Shown here in pieces: positions 22,849 to 34,451 of a DNA stretch of 64,000 bases. Made by a program: the position numbers and the translations under genes. The first letter of the stretch is position 1. Every line of letters begins with the position of its first letter. The DNA is from Octopus sinensis (taxonomy: Eukaryota): positions 32,612,001 through 32,676,000 of the forward strand of contig NC_043014.1 of the NCBI RefSeq assembly GCF_006345805.1, written 5' to 3'. The notes beneath the pieces were generated by a model, which saw nothing but the letters and a program-made list of their open reading frames with translations, had not been told where the DNA came from and made no database searches.

Positions 22849-24624
22849 GTGGTAGTGTGTAAAGATTTTAGGGAGAAAAGCTTGTTGTTCAATACATGTT
22901 GCAAATGTTTGAACTTAGAAAACAACAATGAGGAGGACTACATCACATATGTTGGTAGAGTTAACAGGGAATGTGAAAAGTTCAAGCTGGATGAATTAAT
23001 GCCAGATATGGTCAAGTGCTTGATATCTACTCAGGGACTAACTGTAGAGTAAGATGCAGAAGTAAGAACAAGAATTCTCACTAAGCTGGAATAGAACCAA
23101 GCTGTAACCTTACAAGTGTCAGAAGTGAAATAATAGCAAATTTAAGACATGACACAGAAAATTGAACATAAAAATTCTTCCCAAGTGAAACAAGTGCGAA
23201 ATAGGCAGAATAGAAATCAAGTGTATACTAAAATGCACTACAAACAGGACAAGAATCAGGAAAAATCCCATGTTTTGCATTTGGAGATCTACACCTGAGG
23301 AAAAACTATCTATTTAGGAAAGCGGAATGTTACCATTGTTGAAAAATTGGACACGTAAAAGTGCACTGTGAAACCAAAATTACAAAACGTTGGAACAAAG
23401 AAAAAAGAATAAACAGTATGTCGTCGACAGAAAAGTTTCAAGTTAACAGAAAAGAATGCAAGTTCTTTATGAAAAAATTAAATACTTGGGTCAAATAATA
23501 GATAAAAATAGACAGAAACCAGGTCCATCTAGAGCAGCTGTGATAAAAATATATACCCACACTGAATAAGGAAGTTGTACAAAGAAGTCACGGATAAGGT
23601 AGTTCTACAACAATTCTTAAGAGTATACCATGTGATACCAAATCCAAATATACCAGCAGGTTTGTCACCAGTAGAGCCAATGTTTTCAAGGAAAATAAAA
23701 TCAGTCTTCAACAAATTGCTACTGGGCAAGAAAAGAAAAATTGAAAGGGAAAATACAGCAAGATTTTTCAAAATTGGGGAAATGTGTTTGTGAGGGCATA
23801 TAAGAATGAAAAACAGAGTTGAGAAGATGGCATGATTACCAGACACAATGCTATACTTAGTAAAAAGTAGAAAAGGCATATACAAAAGACACATGAGCCA
23901 ACAGTAAAAAAGATTCATTAAGAGTGAACTCAAGAGAATAGAAGAACCAATGGAATGGTTATATGATACTTTTCAAATACCAATGCCACCACAGGTGATT
24001 AAACCCAGCCGCACAAGCGAAAGAAAAAGAAAATGTACAGAGTTCCTGGAAGTGGATGCCAAACAGAATAAATATTAAATGTAAGAAAAAAAAACTCAAA
24101 AAAGAGAGGTGGGGGTAATGTAGAAGGTATTGCTATTAAAAGAAATAAAAGGACACTCCCTAAGAAAATAAAGAAAAACTTCAAAAATGAGATGTGGAGA
24201 TAATAATAATAATGGTACACCCCTCCCAAGTGATGAGTGGTATATGCTAGTCACTATAAATAAGGTGACATCAGTCAGTATGAAGAAGGGTATGAAATAG
24301 ACGGTCATAGATAGTCATGATCTTACTTGTCTTACTAACTGTACTGCTATACTAGAGTGGGCATTATAACAATCCAACATTAAGGATTACAACACTGACT
24401 TCACATTCTGAGTTCAAATTCTGCCAAGGTTGACCTATGTCTTTCAACTTTTCAGGGTCAATAAAATAAGTACCAGCTGAACAATGAAGTTGATGTAATC
24501 AACTTACCTTTTGCTCTGAAATTGCTGACCTTGTGCCAAAATTTGAAAGCAATAATTATATAAAGATATGTATATAAAGTTAGATATTAAGAAAATAAGG
24601 ATAAATTGAAAAAGCACAGGTGAG

Positions 24625-24860
24625 TAATGAGAAAATAGTAAAAATTTAAGCTTCAGATATTAGTCATATTTTGGCACAAGGCAAGCAATTTGGGGTTAGC
24701 CGATTACACTGTCCCCAGAGTTCAACTGGTACTTATTTTATCGACCTCAAAAGGATGAAATGCAAAGTCATCCTTGGCAGAATTTGAACTCAAAAGATGA
24801 AAACAGACAACATGTCACAAAGCATTTCACCCAACATATTGTGAGCTCCTCCAGCTCAAA
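24625..24860 (-). mobile_element. SINE family B
   Basis: TTTTGGCACAAGG...CTGGTACTTATTTTATCGACC...GGATGAAATGCAAAGTC...TTTGAACTC. Confidence 0.7.
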
Positions 24861-25474
24861 TATTGAAGCTGTAAATTCAAAGGTTGACATTAATAAGTGT
24901 ACTACTTAGACAAGTTTTTAAAAAATTATGTGACTGATCTCAGAGTAAAGGTGAGAATCTAAAATTGAAAATTATAAAATTGAAAATATTAGAGAATTCA
25001 ATTCAGAGTTTGAACAAATTTAAAATTTAACAAAGCATCTTTTAAACAGAATTTAATATATGAAGTAAAGTTATTAAGATTATATGGTTTGTAAAAATCT
25101 GGCAAGATGACAAATAGAGATAATTATAGAAAACAGGCAATGAGAAAGCTATGAAAGTTATAAAAGTATAAATTAAAAACAAAAATATTTTTCTTATTCT
25201 CTACCTCTCCTCTCATCTCATTTTCCCTTCTCTGCACTTTCAAATTGACCTACTTCTTCTCATTCAGCTCCTCTTTACTTCTACTTTTCTCACCTTGATT
25301 TTCCCTCTTCCCACTTCCTGCTCACATATGAAGCTCTCATGGCTTTGTGTTCCTTATCAGCTGCAGCCAGTTTTTCTAATTTAGAAATGAAGAAGGACTC
25401 TCTCTGAAATGTTGGATTTTTCTTATTCCTTGGCAAATTCACTCTACTTTTTATTATTGATTTCACTTCATAGA

Positions 25475-25775
25475 TATATGTGTATATATATAACAAGTAA
25501 TAAAGGTAAGGTGAGAGAATAGATGTTTATTCCATTCATTTACAGCCATTTAGTTAGATAATAGACATTACATCAACATTCACAGGCATATAAAATATGC
25601 ATATAAATGTATATATAAATATATAAATAAATATATATGCATGTGTACACCCTCTGTATACAATGGTACTGAGAAGGAAACTAACAGGCTAATCCTCAGA
25701 ATGATTCATGACAGTCAAAAACATCAACTCTATTTATTAGAGAGCAAGCTGACCCCATACATTTATCCACAGACA
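25475..25775 (-). mobile_element. Candidate solo LTR (about 300 bp)
   Basis: Minus strand begins TGTCTGTGG and has AATAAA near its 3' end. ATAGA flanks both sides (25470-25474, 25776-25780). The 3' terminus is not a clean CA. Confidence 0.3.
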
Positions 25776-25829
25776 ATAGATGTACTGAGCATGTTGCTTT
25801 AAGGGATTAGTTGCCTTTTTGAGTCATGT

Positions 25830-26012
25830 TGACTCATAAGGGCCAATTTCCCAGTTTCCATGGTGCATAAATTTGCCAGCTGAGTGAACTGGAGCAATGT
25901 GAAATGAAAAGTTTTGCTCAAGAACACACTCTGTCACTCAGCCCAGGAATCGAAACCATAATCTTACAATCATGAGTCCAACACCCTAACCACTAAACCA
26001 CACATCTCCACT
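25830..26012 (-). mobile_element. SINE family D (tRNA-derived head)
   Basis: Minus strand GTGTGGTTTAGTGGTTAGGGTGTTGGACTCATG...GGTTTCGATTCCTGGG (A/B boxes), then GTGTTCTTGAGCAAAAC. Degenerate relative at about 47295-47415. Confidence 0.65.
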
Positions 26013-26149
26013 TAAGGGGGTAGTGGTCATAGTTCAAAACAAATTCAGAGGAAGAATCAGTACATGAATGCAGTAAAGTCAAAAACAAAAACAAACTTAG
26101 AAAATTGCTATTTTTAAATCTCACAACAAGAGATATTCAGCAACACTAC

Positions 26150-26373
26150 TTTGGAATAAAGATTTTTGCCAACATAACATGATAGTCCTGGTTAAGGACG
26201 AATGTAGTTGTTTTGAGCTGAGTGGGGGTGCTAGAATCCTTTGTTCAAAAATATAAGGGAACATATTATGTCATATAGCCAGCTGGAGACAATGTCTCCT
26301 GGGGCTAAATTACAGTAAGATTTGTCCTAAACCAGGACTGCCATGTTATGTTGGCAAAAATCTTTACTCCAAA
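26150..26373. mobile_element. MITE-like element with about 65-bp imperfect TIRs
   Basis: TTTGGAATAAAGATTTTTGCCAACATAACATGATAGTCCTGGTTAAGGACGAATG is inverted relative to GATTTGTCCTAAACCAGGACTGCCATGTTATGTTGGCAAAAATCTTTACTCCAAA. Homologues of the right two-thirds at about 50177-50330 and 51929-52082. Confidence 0.75.
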
Positions 26374-26533
26374 AGCAAACTTCTTTTTAAATTCAAATAA
26401 ACAGAAAAATATAAATTATATAAAATATAAAATATATAAATATAAAATATAGCATCCAGTTGCAGGGGCTGCAAATAAGTACAATGGTGAAATGGCTTAG
26501 AACCAATGAAATATAAACTTCCTTTATTATATA

Positions 26534-26705
26534 GGTGCAGACGTGGCTGTGTGGTAAGAAGCTTCCTTCCCAACCACATAGCTCTGGGTTTATTCCTACT
26601 TTGTGGCATCTTGGGCAAGTGTCTTCTTCTATAGCCTCGGCTGACCAAAAACTTTTGTGTGGATTTGGTAGATGGAAACTGAAAGAAGCTCGTGTATATA
26701 TATAT
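26534..26705 (+). mobile_element. SINE family A, 5' half only
   Basis: GGTGCAGACGTGGCTGTGTGGTAAG...GAAACTGAAAGAAGCTCGTGTATATA; no 3' half. Confidence 0.8.
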
Positions 26706-27127
26706 ATCAGGGACATGCTGCCTAAGTAGGCAAAGTAGGCAGTGCCTTCCCTAAATAAAATAGATCGATAGCAACATTTTCCTTTTATGGCAAACTATGC
26801 AACTAATTCAATAAAATTATGAAGGTTACTCTGATTACTATACTTTTTCAAACTCAGTATTTAAGCTATGAATAGTACTACTGTAGTACATGTGCTGCAT
26901 ACACTCCTACAACAATGTTTTCTTTATGTGGTATAAAGGCAGAAGTAAATTTTCTTCAACTCAATCACATGCCTGTATTTCACTTTTTTTGCATGTGTTT
27001 TACTGTATAAAGGTCACCAACTGCCTACCCTGAGTAATTACTGATGTCACATGCCTGAAATATATATATATATATATAAAAGAATATATATACATATATA
27101 TGTGTGTGTGTGTGTATGCATATATAT

Positions 27128-27365
27128 TCTTTTATTCTTTTACTTGTTTGAGTCATTTGACTGCAGCCATGCTGGCTCACCCTCTTGAGTCTTTAGTCAA
27201 ACAAATCGGCCCCCAGGACTTATTCTTTGTAAGCCTAGTACTTATTCTATTGATCTCTTTTTGCTGAACCTCTTAGTTACGGGGATGTAAGCACACCAAC
27301 ATCGGTTGTCAAATGATGGTGGGGAGGGGGAAAAACACAGAGACAAATAACAAATGCATTCATAT

Positions 27366-27397
<32 letters not shown>

Positions 27398-27563
27398 CAT
27401 ATATATACCACGGGCTTCTTTCAGTTTCCATCTACCAAATCCACTCACAAGGCTTTGGTCAGCCCGTGGCTACAGTAGAAGACACTTGTACAAGGTGCCA
27501 TGCAGTGGGACTGAACCCAGAACCATGTGGTTGGGAAGCAAGCTTCTTACCACATAGACACTC

Positions 27564-27570
<7 letters not shown>
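27128..27570 (-). mobile_element. SINE family A, full length
   Basis: Reverse complement of head, linker and tail. Confidence 0.85.
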
Positions 27571-27622
<52 letters not shown>

Positions 27623-27997
27623 TGTTTTTATTTGTGTGTAGCAAGCAAAACAGCTGAAGGAGATAACCTCCTGGGGTTAAAAAGAGCAATAACTGTATTT
27701 TGTACAGAACAACTACGTTGAGGTGATAATGACCATTATTTCTCAGTAGATAGGTATCAGGCATACATAGCAAAAAGAGTAGCTGAAGGTAAGAGATTTT
27801 ACTAGGCTTAAAAAAACAAGCCCTGTGGTCGATTTGTTTGACAAAACCCTTCAAGGCAGTGCTCCAACATCACTGCAGTCAAATGCTTGAAAGAAGTAAA
27901 AGAATAAAAGAATATATGTATATATATATATATATATATTCTTTTATTGCACTATTGAGCACTCAGTCACATTGTTCACTATTTACATTTAGATATA

Positions 27998-28052
<55 letters not shown>

Positions 28053-29049
28053 CTATATGTATGTAGAGAGAGAAAGACAGAGTGATAGAGAGACAGGTAG
28101 GAATTTAGAGAAATGTATGTATATGCTCTAGTAAGAATGAACTTATTCAACCACATTTCCTATTTTCAAATGAATTTACCATAAACAACTATATTCAAAT
28201 ACTTTGAATGACATGAAAAGGTTTTTAAAAACAAAAAGGTACAATAAACTGAAGAACTATTTTTATAGAATTCTCTTATGATTTAGTATCTCAAGATAAC
28301 CTAAAGATTATGACACTTCCCAAAATATATTTCCAAATATTATTCCTTCAAATGTTCTGGTGACAGATGAGTCTGATTTTGGAAATAATGTCTTAATTCT
28401 TATATGCTTTTTTTTTACTCTTTTTGTTTCAATAATGACAAAAATGGTAACTTTTAAATCTAAGTTAATGCTATACATACTTATATAGACCTGGTTTGAT
28501 CATTTCTCCTTTTTTTTGTGCTTTCTTCCTTCATTCTGTTTCTCCATTCTCTTCATCTTTCTGAGCCTCTCTCACTTTTTCCATATTCCCAGTCTTCTAT
28601 TTCCTCCTCCTCCTCTCTCTCTCGTTCCTTCTCTTTCTCTCTCACTCGTTCCTTCTCTCTCTGTATCTCTCTCTATCTATCTATTTATCTATCTATCTAA
28701 CATTATTTCTCTGCCTATTTCTTAACAATGCTTAGAATTTGAAACACAGATAAAATACAGATACTCATTCAAATACACACACACACGCACACACACAAAC
28801 ACACACGCACGCATGCACACATACATACATACACACATATATATATATACATACATGCACACTGATATACAGATATATATATACACACATGTACATACAT
28901 CCCCCACCACCAAAAAATGCATACATGCACATACACATACATATATACGCACATGTGCAAGCACATAAACATGCATATGCACATATGCATATATACATAT
29001 ACACATGCATACTAACATACATATGTATGCACACATACATATGTACATA

Positions 29050-29632
29050 CAGTGGCCATGCTGGGGCACCACCTTCAAAAGTTTTAGTTCAATGAATTGA
29101 CCCCAGTACTTATTCTATAGGTATCTTTTGCCAAACTGCTAAGTTACATGGATATAAACACACCAACACCAGTTGTCAAGCAGTAGTTAAGGGACAAACA
29201 CAGACACAAACATACACACACACACAATGGGCTTTTTTCATCTACCAATTCCACTCACAAGGCTTTGGTCAGTGCTAGGCTGTAGTAGAACACACTTACC
29301 CAAAGCACCACATAGTGGGACTGAACCCAGAACCTTCTGGTTAAGAAGCAAGCTTCTTATTTCTTTATTGCCCGCAAGGGGCTAAATATAGAGGGGACAA
29401 ACAAGGAGACACAAAGGGATTAAGTTGATTACATCGACCCCAGTGCGTAACTGGTACTTAATCTATCGACCCCAAAAGGATGAAAGGCAAAGTTGACCTC
29501 GGCGGAATTTGAACTCAGAACATAATGGCAGACGAAATACCACTAAGCATTTCGCCTGGCGTGCTAAAGTTTCTGCCAGCTCACCGCCTTCTTACCACAA
29601 GCTTCTTACCACACAGTCACACCTGTACCTAT
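29050..29632 (-). mobile_element. SINE A with a nested SINE B (about 29361-29590) in its head
   Basis: SINE A runs to ...GCAAGCTTCTTA, then SINE B minus (TTTCTTTATTGCCCGCAAGGGG...GCCAGCTCACCGCC), then ...CTTCTTACCACACAGTCACACCTGTACC. Confidence 0.8.
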
Positions 29633-29814
29633 ATATGTGTGTGTGCATGTGTGTGTGTGTGTGTGTGAGTATGTGTGTGTGTACATGTTATGTGCTATAT
29701 TTCAGGTCCATTCTTTCCAGTTGTCTAAATCACATAAAGTCATAGCATTAACTATTTGTTGTATAATAATATACACTCAGACGAAGAGTTGGATCTCAAT
29801 GAACCATATTCAGC

Positions 29815-30035
29815 AAGGCAGCAAGCTGGCAGAAACATTAGCACGCCAGGCAAAATGCTTTGCGGTATCTCGTCTGTCTTTACGTTCTGAGTTCAAATTA
29901 CACCAAGGTCAACTTTGCCTTTCATCCTATCCGTGTCGATAAATTAAGGACCAGTTGCATACTGAAGTCGATCTAATTGACTGGTCCCCTTCCCCCAAAA
30001 ATTTTGGGCTTTGTGCCTAGAGTAGAAAAGAATGA
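29815..30035 (+). mobile_element. SINE family B (second tail type)
   Basis: CAAGCTGGCAGAAACATTAGCACG...GAGTTCAAAT...GTCAACTTTGCCTTTCATCC...GTGCCTAGAGTAGAAAAGAAT. Confidence 0.85.
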
Positions 30036-30224
30036 ACTATATTTATTTCCATTGGAAAGACTTAGAAGACAAGATCTATTCCTAAATGCATCGTTTTAAT
30101 TTTCCAAAATACTTCAGTCAGTTGATATAACTAGAATTGTATTTACTTGGTTCAGGAGTGAGATGTGAGTAATTTTTCTCTTTTTCTTTTTTTCTCTTTT
30201 GTTTTTATTTTCATTTTCAGTTGG

Positions 30225-30580
30225 GACAGCCATGGCTGCATGATAAATAATTTGCTTCCCAGATACCTAGTTCTGGGTTCAGTTCCACAGCATGGCACCT
30301 TGGGCAAGTGTCTTCTATTTTAACTCCAGGCCAAACAAAATCTTTAGAATGGATTAGTAGATGGAAACTGAAAGAAGCCTGTCATACACACACACATATA
30401 CATGTAAAATGATAGAGGCAGTATTAATACCCACAGGTAAAATATTCACTACTGGAAGTTGGAAGTTGGGTGAGAACACATAAATAAATATTGTTTGGCT
30501 AAACACTTCAAAGCAATGCTCCAGCATGGCTGCAGCCCAATGACTGAAACAAGCAAAAGATAAAAGATAAAAATCGCTTT
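30225..30580 (+). mobile_element. SINE family A, degenerate
   Basis: GGGTTCAGTTCCAC...CACCTTGGGCAAGTGTCTTC...GACTGAAACAAGCAAAAG. Confidence 0.65.
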
Positions 30581-30849
30581 CATAGAAGGCAGTGATTCAG
30601 TGTGTATTAGTTTTGAAGGCATGAATGGAGAGTTTGATGGAGTATTTAAAATTAAGTCTGTTTCACTGATTAGGAAACATAATAAAGGATACTTGTTATT
30701 TGAAAAGGTGTTGAAGAGTTTGATTTGTGTTGCTGGTGGAGTGGTGTGTTAGTGGAAGGAATTTGTAAATAAAATGTAATGGAATTGTTAATTAAGCAGG
30801 TTTGAATGTTTGCTTGTGAAATGAAGTTCACTGATGCATAAAGCTTCTT

Positions 30850-31440
30850 ATTTACAAAGTGTCTAGTAAGTATTATAAAGGAATAATTTCAAGGGATGGA
30901 GTGGGATTTGATATGCTTTTTAACAAAGTAATTAGTCTATGGGGGAGGTGAGTGGTATGTAAGGACAGCATGGTTGGTGTTGGAAAGAAGGTGGGGTTGA
31001 GATCCAAATATTTGTTCACTTGTATAGTGGCTGACAGGTACTTTATATCCACAGACTGATAAGGTGTGTACAGCACCAATAGTGACCATCATAAGCTCTC
31101 CAAGACTGGCAAGAGGTGGGTAGAGAACGTCTGGCTTTCACAAGCCCTGGTAGATGAGTTAAGAGAGAATACAGTATGTATGACTGTCACAAGAGCTCTC
31201 AGAATAGTAAGGGCACTAAAATTGAGGGGCATCTTGAACATTTTTACTTAGATTGATAACTGAGAGAAAAATGTAAGCAGAGAGTGGATTCTAGAAGGAT
31301 GTCATTCTGGAGTATAAGAATTTGATAAGGTTTTATTTCAAGATTTGGAAAGTAACTTATGGTAGGAATAATCAATGGAGGAGAAAAAGATATTTTACGT
31401 GATACTATGGAAGAGAAATGAAATACATTGAATAACTTCA
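30850..31440 (-). mobile_element. Possible highly decayed LINE coding remnant
   Basis: Purine-skewed unique sequence with protein-like minus-strand fragments (ORF 30873..31079). Similar composition at 38100-38960 and 55280-55920. No diagnostic motif identified. Confidence 0.25.
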
Positions 31441-31519
31441 TATTTGAGATGATATGTAGCTTCTACAATCATATAGTATATTACCTCTTAGTTAAGATGG
31501 TATTTACTTCTAGATAATA

Positions 31520-32660
31520 TGATATGAAGCTTTCAGGTCCAGATGTTATGAAGCTTCAAGTTCAGATATTATGACAGTCCAAATCCAGATGTTATGAAGG
31601 TCTAAACCCAGAAGTTATGAAGGTCCAAATGCAGATGTTATGAAGCTTCAGGTCCAGATGTTATGAAGCTTCAGGTTCAGATGTTATGAAGCTTCAGGTC
31701 CAGAAGTTATGAAGACCCACGTCCGGATGTTATGAAGGTCCAAATCCAGTTGTTATGAAGGTCCAAATGCAGATGGTATGAAGTTTTAGGTCCAGATGTT
31801 ATGAAGCTTCAGGTCCAGATGTTATGAAGCTTCAGGTTCAGATGTTATGAAGCTTCAGGTCTAGAAATTATGAAGACCCATGTCCGGATGTTATGAAGGT
31901 CCAAATCCAGATGTTCTGAAGGTCCAAATGCAGATGGTATGAAGTTTTAGGTCCAGATGTTATGAAGCTTCAGGTCCAGATGTTATGAAGATCCAGGTCC
32001 AGATGTTATGAAACTTCAGGTCCAAATGCTATGAAGATCCATGTCCAGATGTTATGAAGGTCCAAATGCAAAAGTTATGAAGATCCAGGTCCAGATGTTA
32101 TGAATCTTCAGGTCCAGAATTTATGAAGTTTTATGTCCAGCCGTTATGAAGTTTCAGGTTCAAATGTTATGAGGACCCATGTCCAGATGTTTTAAAGGTT
32201 CAAATCTAGGTGTTATGAAGCGTCAGGTCCAAATGTTATGAAGCTTCAGGTTCAGATGTTATGAAGATCCAGGTCCATATATTATGAAGGTCCAAATCCA
32301 AATGTTATGAAGCTTCAGGTCCAAATTTTATGAAGATCCATGTCCATATGTTATGATGCTTCAAGTCCAGATGTTATGAAGCATCAGATCCAAATGTTAT
32401 GAAGCTTCAGGTCCAGATGTTATAAAGCTCCCAGCCCAGTACTTATAAAGCTTCCAGTCCAGATGTTATGAAGCTTCAAGTCCAGAACTTATGAAGCTTC
32501 AAGTCCAGAATTTATGAAGATCCAGGTCCAGATTCTATGAAGGTCCAGATGTTACGAAGTTTTAGGTTCAAATGATATGAAGTTTCTACTCCAGATGATA
32601 TGAAGCTTCAGATTTAGATACTATTAAGCTTCAGATCCACATGTTATGAAACTTCAGGTT
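31520..32660. repeat. 23-bp minisatellite (about 50 units), consensus CCAGATGTTATGAAGCTTCAGGT
   Basis: Unit starts at 31631, 31654, 31677 and so on. Recurrent variants end in GGTCCAAAT, GATCCAGGT or GTTTTAGGT. Degenerate units flank it from about 31440 to 32900. Confidence 0.95.
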
Positions 32661-33184
32661 GAGGTGCTATATAGCCTCTTAGTTGAGATGGTATGTAGGC
32701 TAATAGTTCAAAGTATGTGTAAGTTCTACTTACAGTACAATCTTCTTAGTTCAGATAGTATGTCATATCTGGGTTCAAGTAACATGTAATTTCCTGGTTT
32801 AGATATGTAACCTCCTAGTTTAGATGCGTAGCCTTCAAGTAAAGATGGTATGTGGCTTCCTCACTCAGATAGTGCATAGATTCTTTGTTCAGATGGTACA
32901 TATCTTTACAGCTCAATACAGTTATAAGTATTGTTGATGAGTAAAGCTTTTGTCAGTGGTAATACTGAAACAGAAAGTTATCAGCAATAATGTCTATAAT
33001 AACCTATGAAAACACCAATAAATTATATGCAAAGAAAAACTAACTAATTGAAATAGCCACAAAATACTTATAACCATTCAAAAAAATTTCCAAAAGTTTT
33101 TTATTGATAAAAAATAATCAAGAAATTCTAAACAATCCTGAGGAGCTTTTTTAAACAATCAACATTTATCAATTGCTGAAGTTA

Positions 33185-33405
33185 GCAAAGCTAACAGAAT
33201 CGTTAGCATGCGAGACAAAATGCTTTGTGGCATTTTTATCTGTCTTTACATTCTGAGTTCAAATTCTTCTGAAGTCAACTTTGCCTTTCATCATTTTGTA
33301 TGGGTGGCAGGGGGTCAGTTAAATAAGTACCAGTCAAGTACTGGAGGTTGGTTTAATCAACTAATCCCCCATCCCCAAAATTCCAGGCCTTGTTCCAATA
33401 GTGGA
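33185..33405 (+). mobile_element. SINE family B
   Basis: CAGAATCGTTAGCATGCG...GAGTTCAAATTC...GTCAACTTTGCCTTTCATC...GGCCTTGTTCC. Confidence 0.75.
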
Positions 33406-33702
33406 AAGGAGTAGTTATCAATTGATGAAGGTGATGATGAGTGGCAGTGGTGGGGATTGCGATGGCAGAGATGTTGGAGGTAAGGTGGTGGTGGTGGTGG
33501 TACTGATGCTGGTATTGGTTGTGACAGTGGTATTGGCAGTAGTGGTGCTGGTGCTGAATTCATGGTGTTGGCAGTGATGCTATTGATGCTGGTGTTGGCA
33601 GTGATGTGGTAATCATGATTATGTTGACAGTAATGAGCCTTATGATGAAAAACATTCCCAAACATTGCAAACATCACTCCCTACAAAAACAGTTTATCAG
33701 TA

Positions 33703-33740
<38 letters not shown>

Positions 33741-34157
33741 TTTGACTAATCATAAAACAAGCCACAAGAAGATTTTTGCTCACCAATGGAAACAAGAGGC
33801 AACAAAGACATTGTAAGCAACCAAAAACATTTATCCAAGCATACACTACAAAGAAGTTACTTTGTTTTGATGTTGTTGTTGTTGTTGTTGTAGTAGTTTT
33901 TGTTTGTTTGCTTGGTTGTGTGTTTTAACCAATCACAAACATCTATGTAATAAAGACTTTCTATCCAGTTTCTAACTAGCTGAAGCATTCATTGAAAATA
34001 TATAATTAACGAGTGAGGAAAACATTATTACATCTATATTATTTATACCATTTGAAAAAAAAATTATATATGTGTGTATATGTGTGTAGGTGCGTGTAGG
34101 TGTGTATAGGTGCATTTGTATATGTGTTTGTGTTTATGTATTTATATGTATATATAT

Positions 34158-34189
<32 letters not shown>

Positions 34190-34403
34190 CATTTATGTGT
34201 GTTTGTATATATATACATATATACATATTCACTTACATATATATATATATATTTATGTTTATATGTGTATAAATACACACACAAACATATATATATGTAT
34301 ACACACATATATTTGTGTGTTTATATGTGAATAAATGCATATATGTATATATATGTATATATATATATATATGTATTAATTCACATATATATACACACAC
34401 ATG

Positions 34404-34451
<48 letters not shown>

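Larger units (their letters stand above)
21409..24394 (+). mobile_element. Internally deleted, decayed Ty3/Gypsy LTR retrotransposon
   Basis: LTRs 21409-21613 and 24190-24394 (both 205 bp, about 30 mismatches by eye). 5-bp TSD CTGAC at 21404-21408 and 24395-24399. PBS TGGCGATGAGGA from 21615, near-complement of the tRNA-Ser(GCU) 3' end. Gag remnants (VNSITEFKYKPDKRVTFEAYYRRYE; YVGRVNRECEKFKL) and integrase-end remnant (LQQFLRVYHVIPNP...LSPVEPMFSRKIKS). No recognisable RT core. Confidence 0.9.
21343..24555 (+). mobile_element. SINE family B split by the LTR retrotransposon
   Basis: Head 21343-21408 (GGTGGTGGTCTGGCAGAATTGTTAACATG...CATCTGAC) continues at 24395 (CTGACTTCACATTCTGAGTTCAAATTCTGCCAAGGTTGACC...). 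Confidence 0.8.

Noticed and set aside
25830-26012. tRNA genes suggested by A/B-box motifs in SINE heads
   Set aside because: The boxes run straight into repeated SINE bodies; no complete cloverleaf.
27708-27788. Plus-strand exon candidate with strong AAG|GTAAGA donor (DRYQAYIAKRVAE frame)
   Set aside because: The 81-bp version has stops in all three frames. The segment runs directly into a SINE A tail and is more likely part of a SINE variant. Only RNA-seq junctions could rescue a 42-bp version.
31520-32660. CRISPR-like appearance of the 23-bp array with a palindromic core
   Set aside because: Units are head-to-tail with no unique spacers, there are no cas genes, and the context is eukaryotic.
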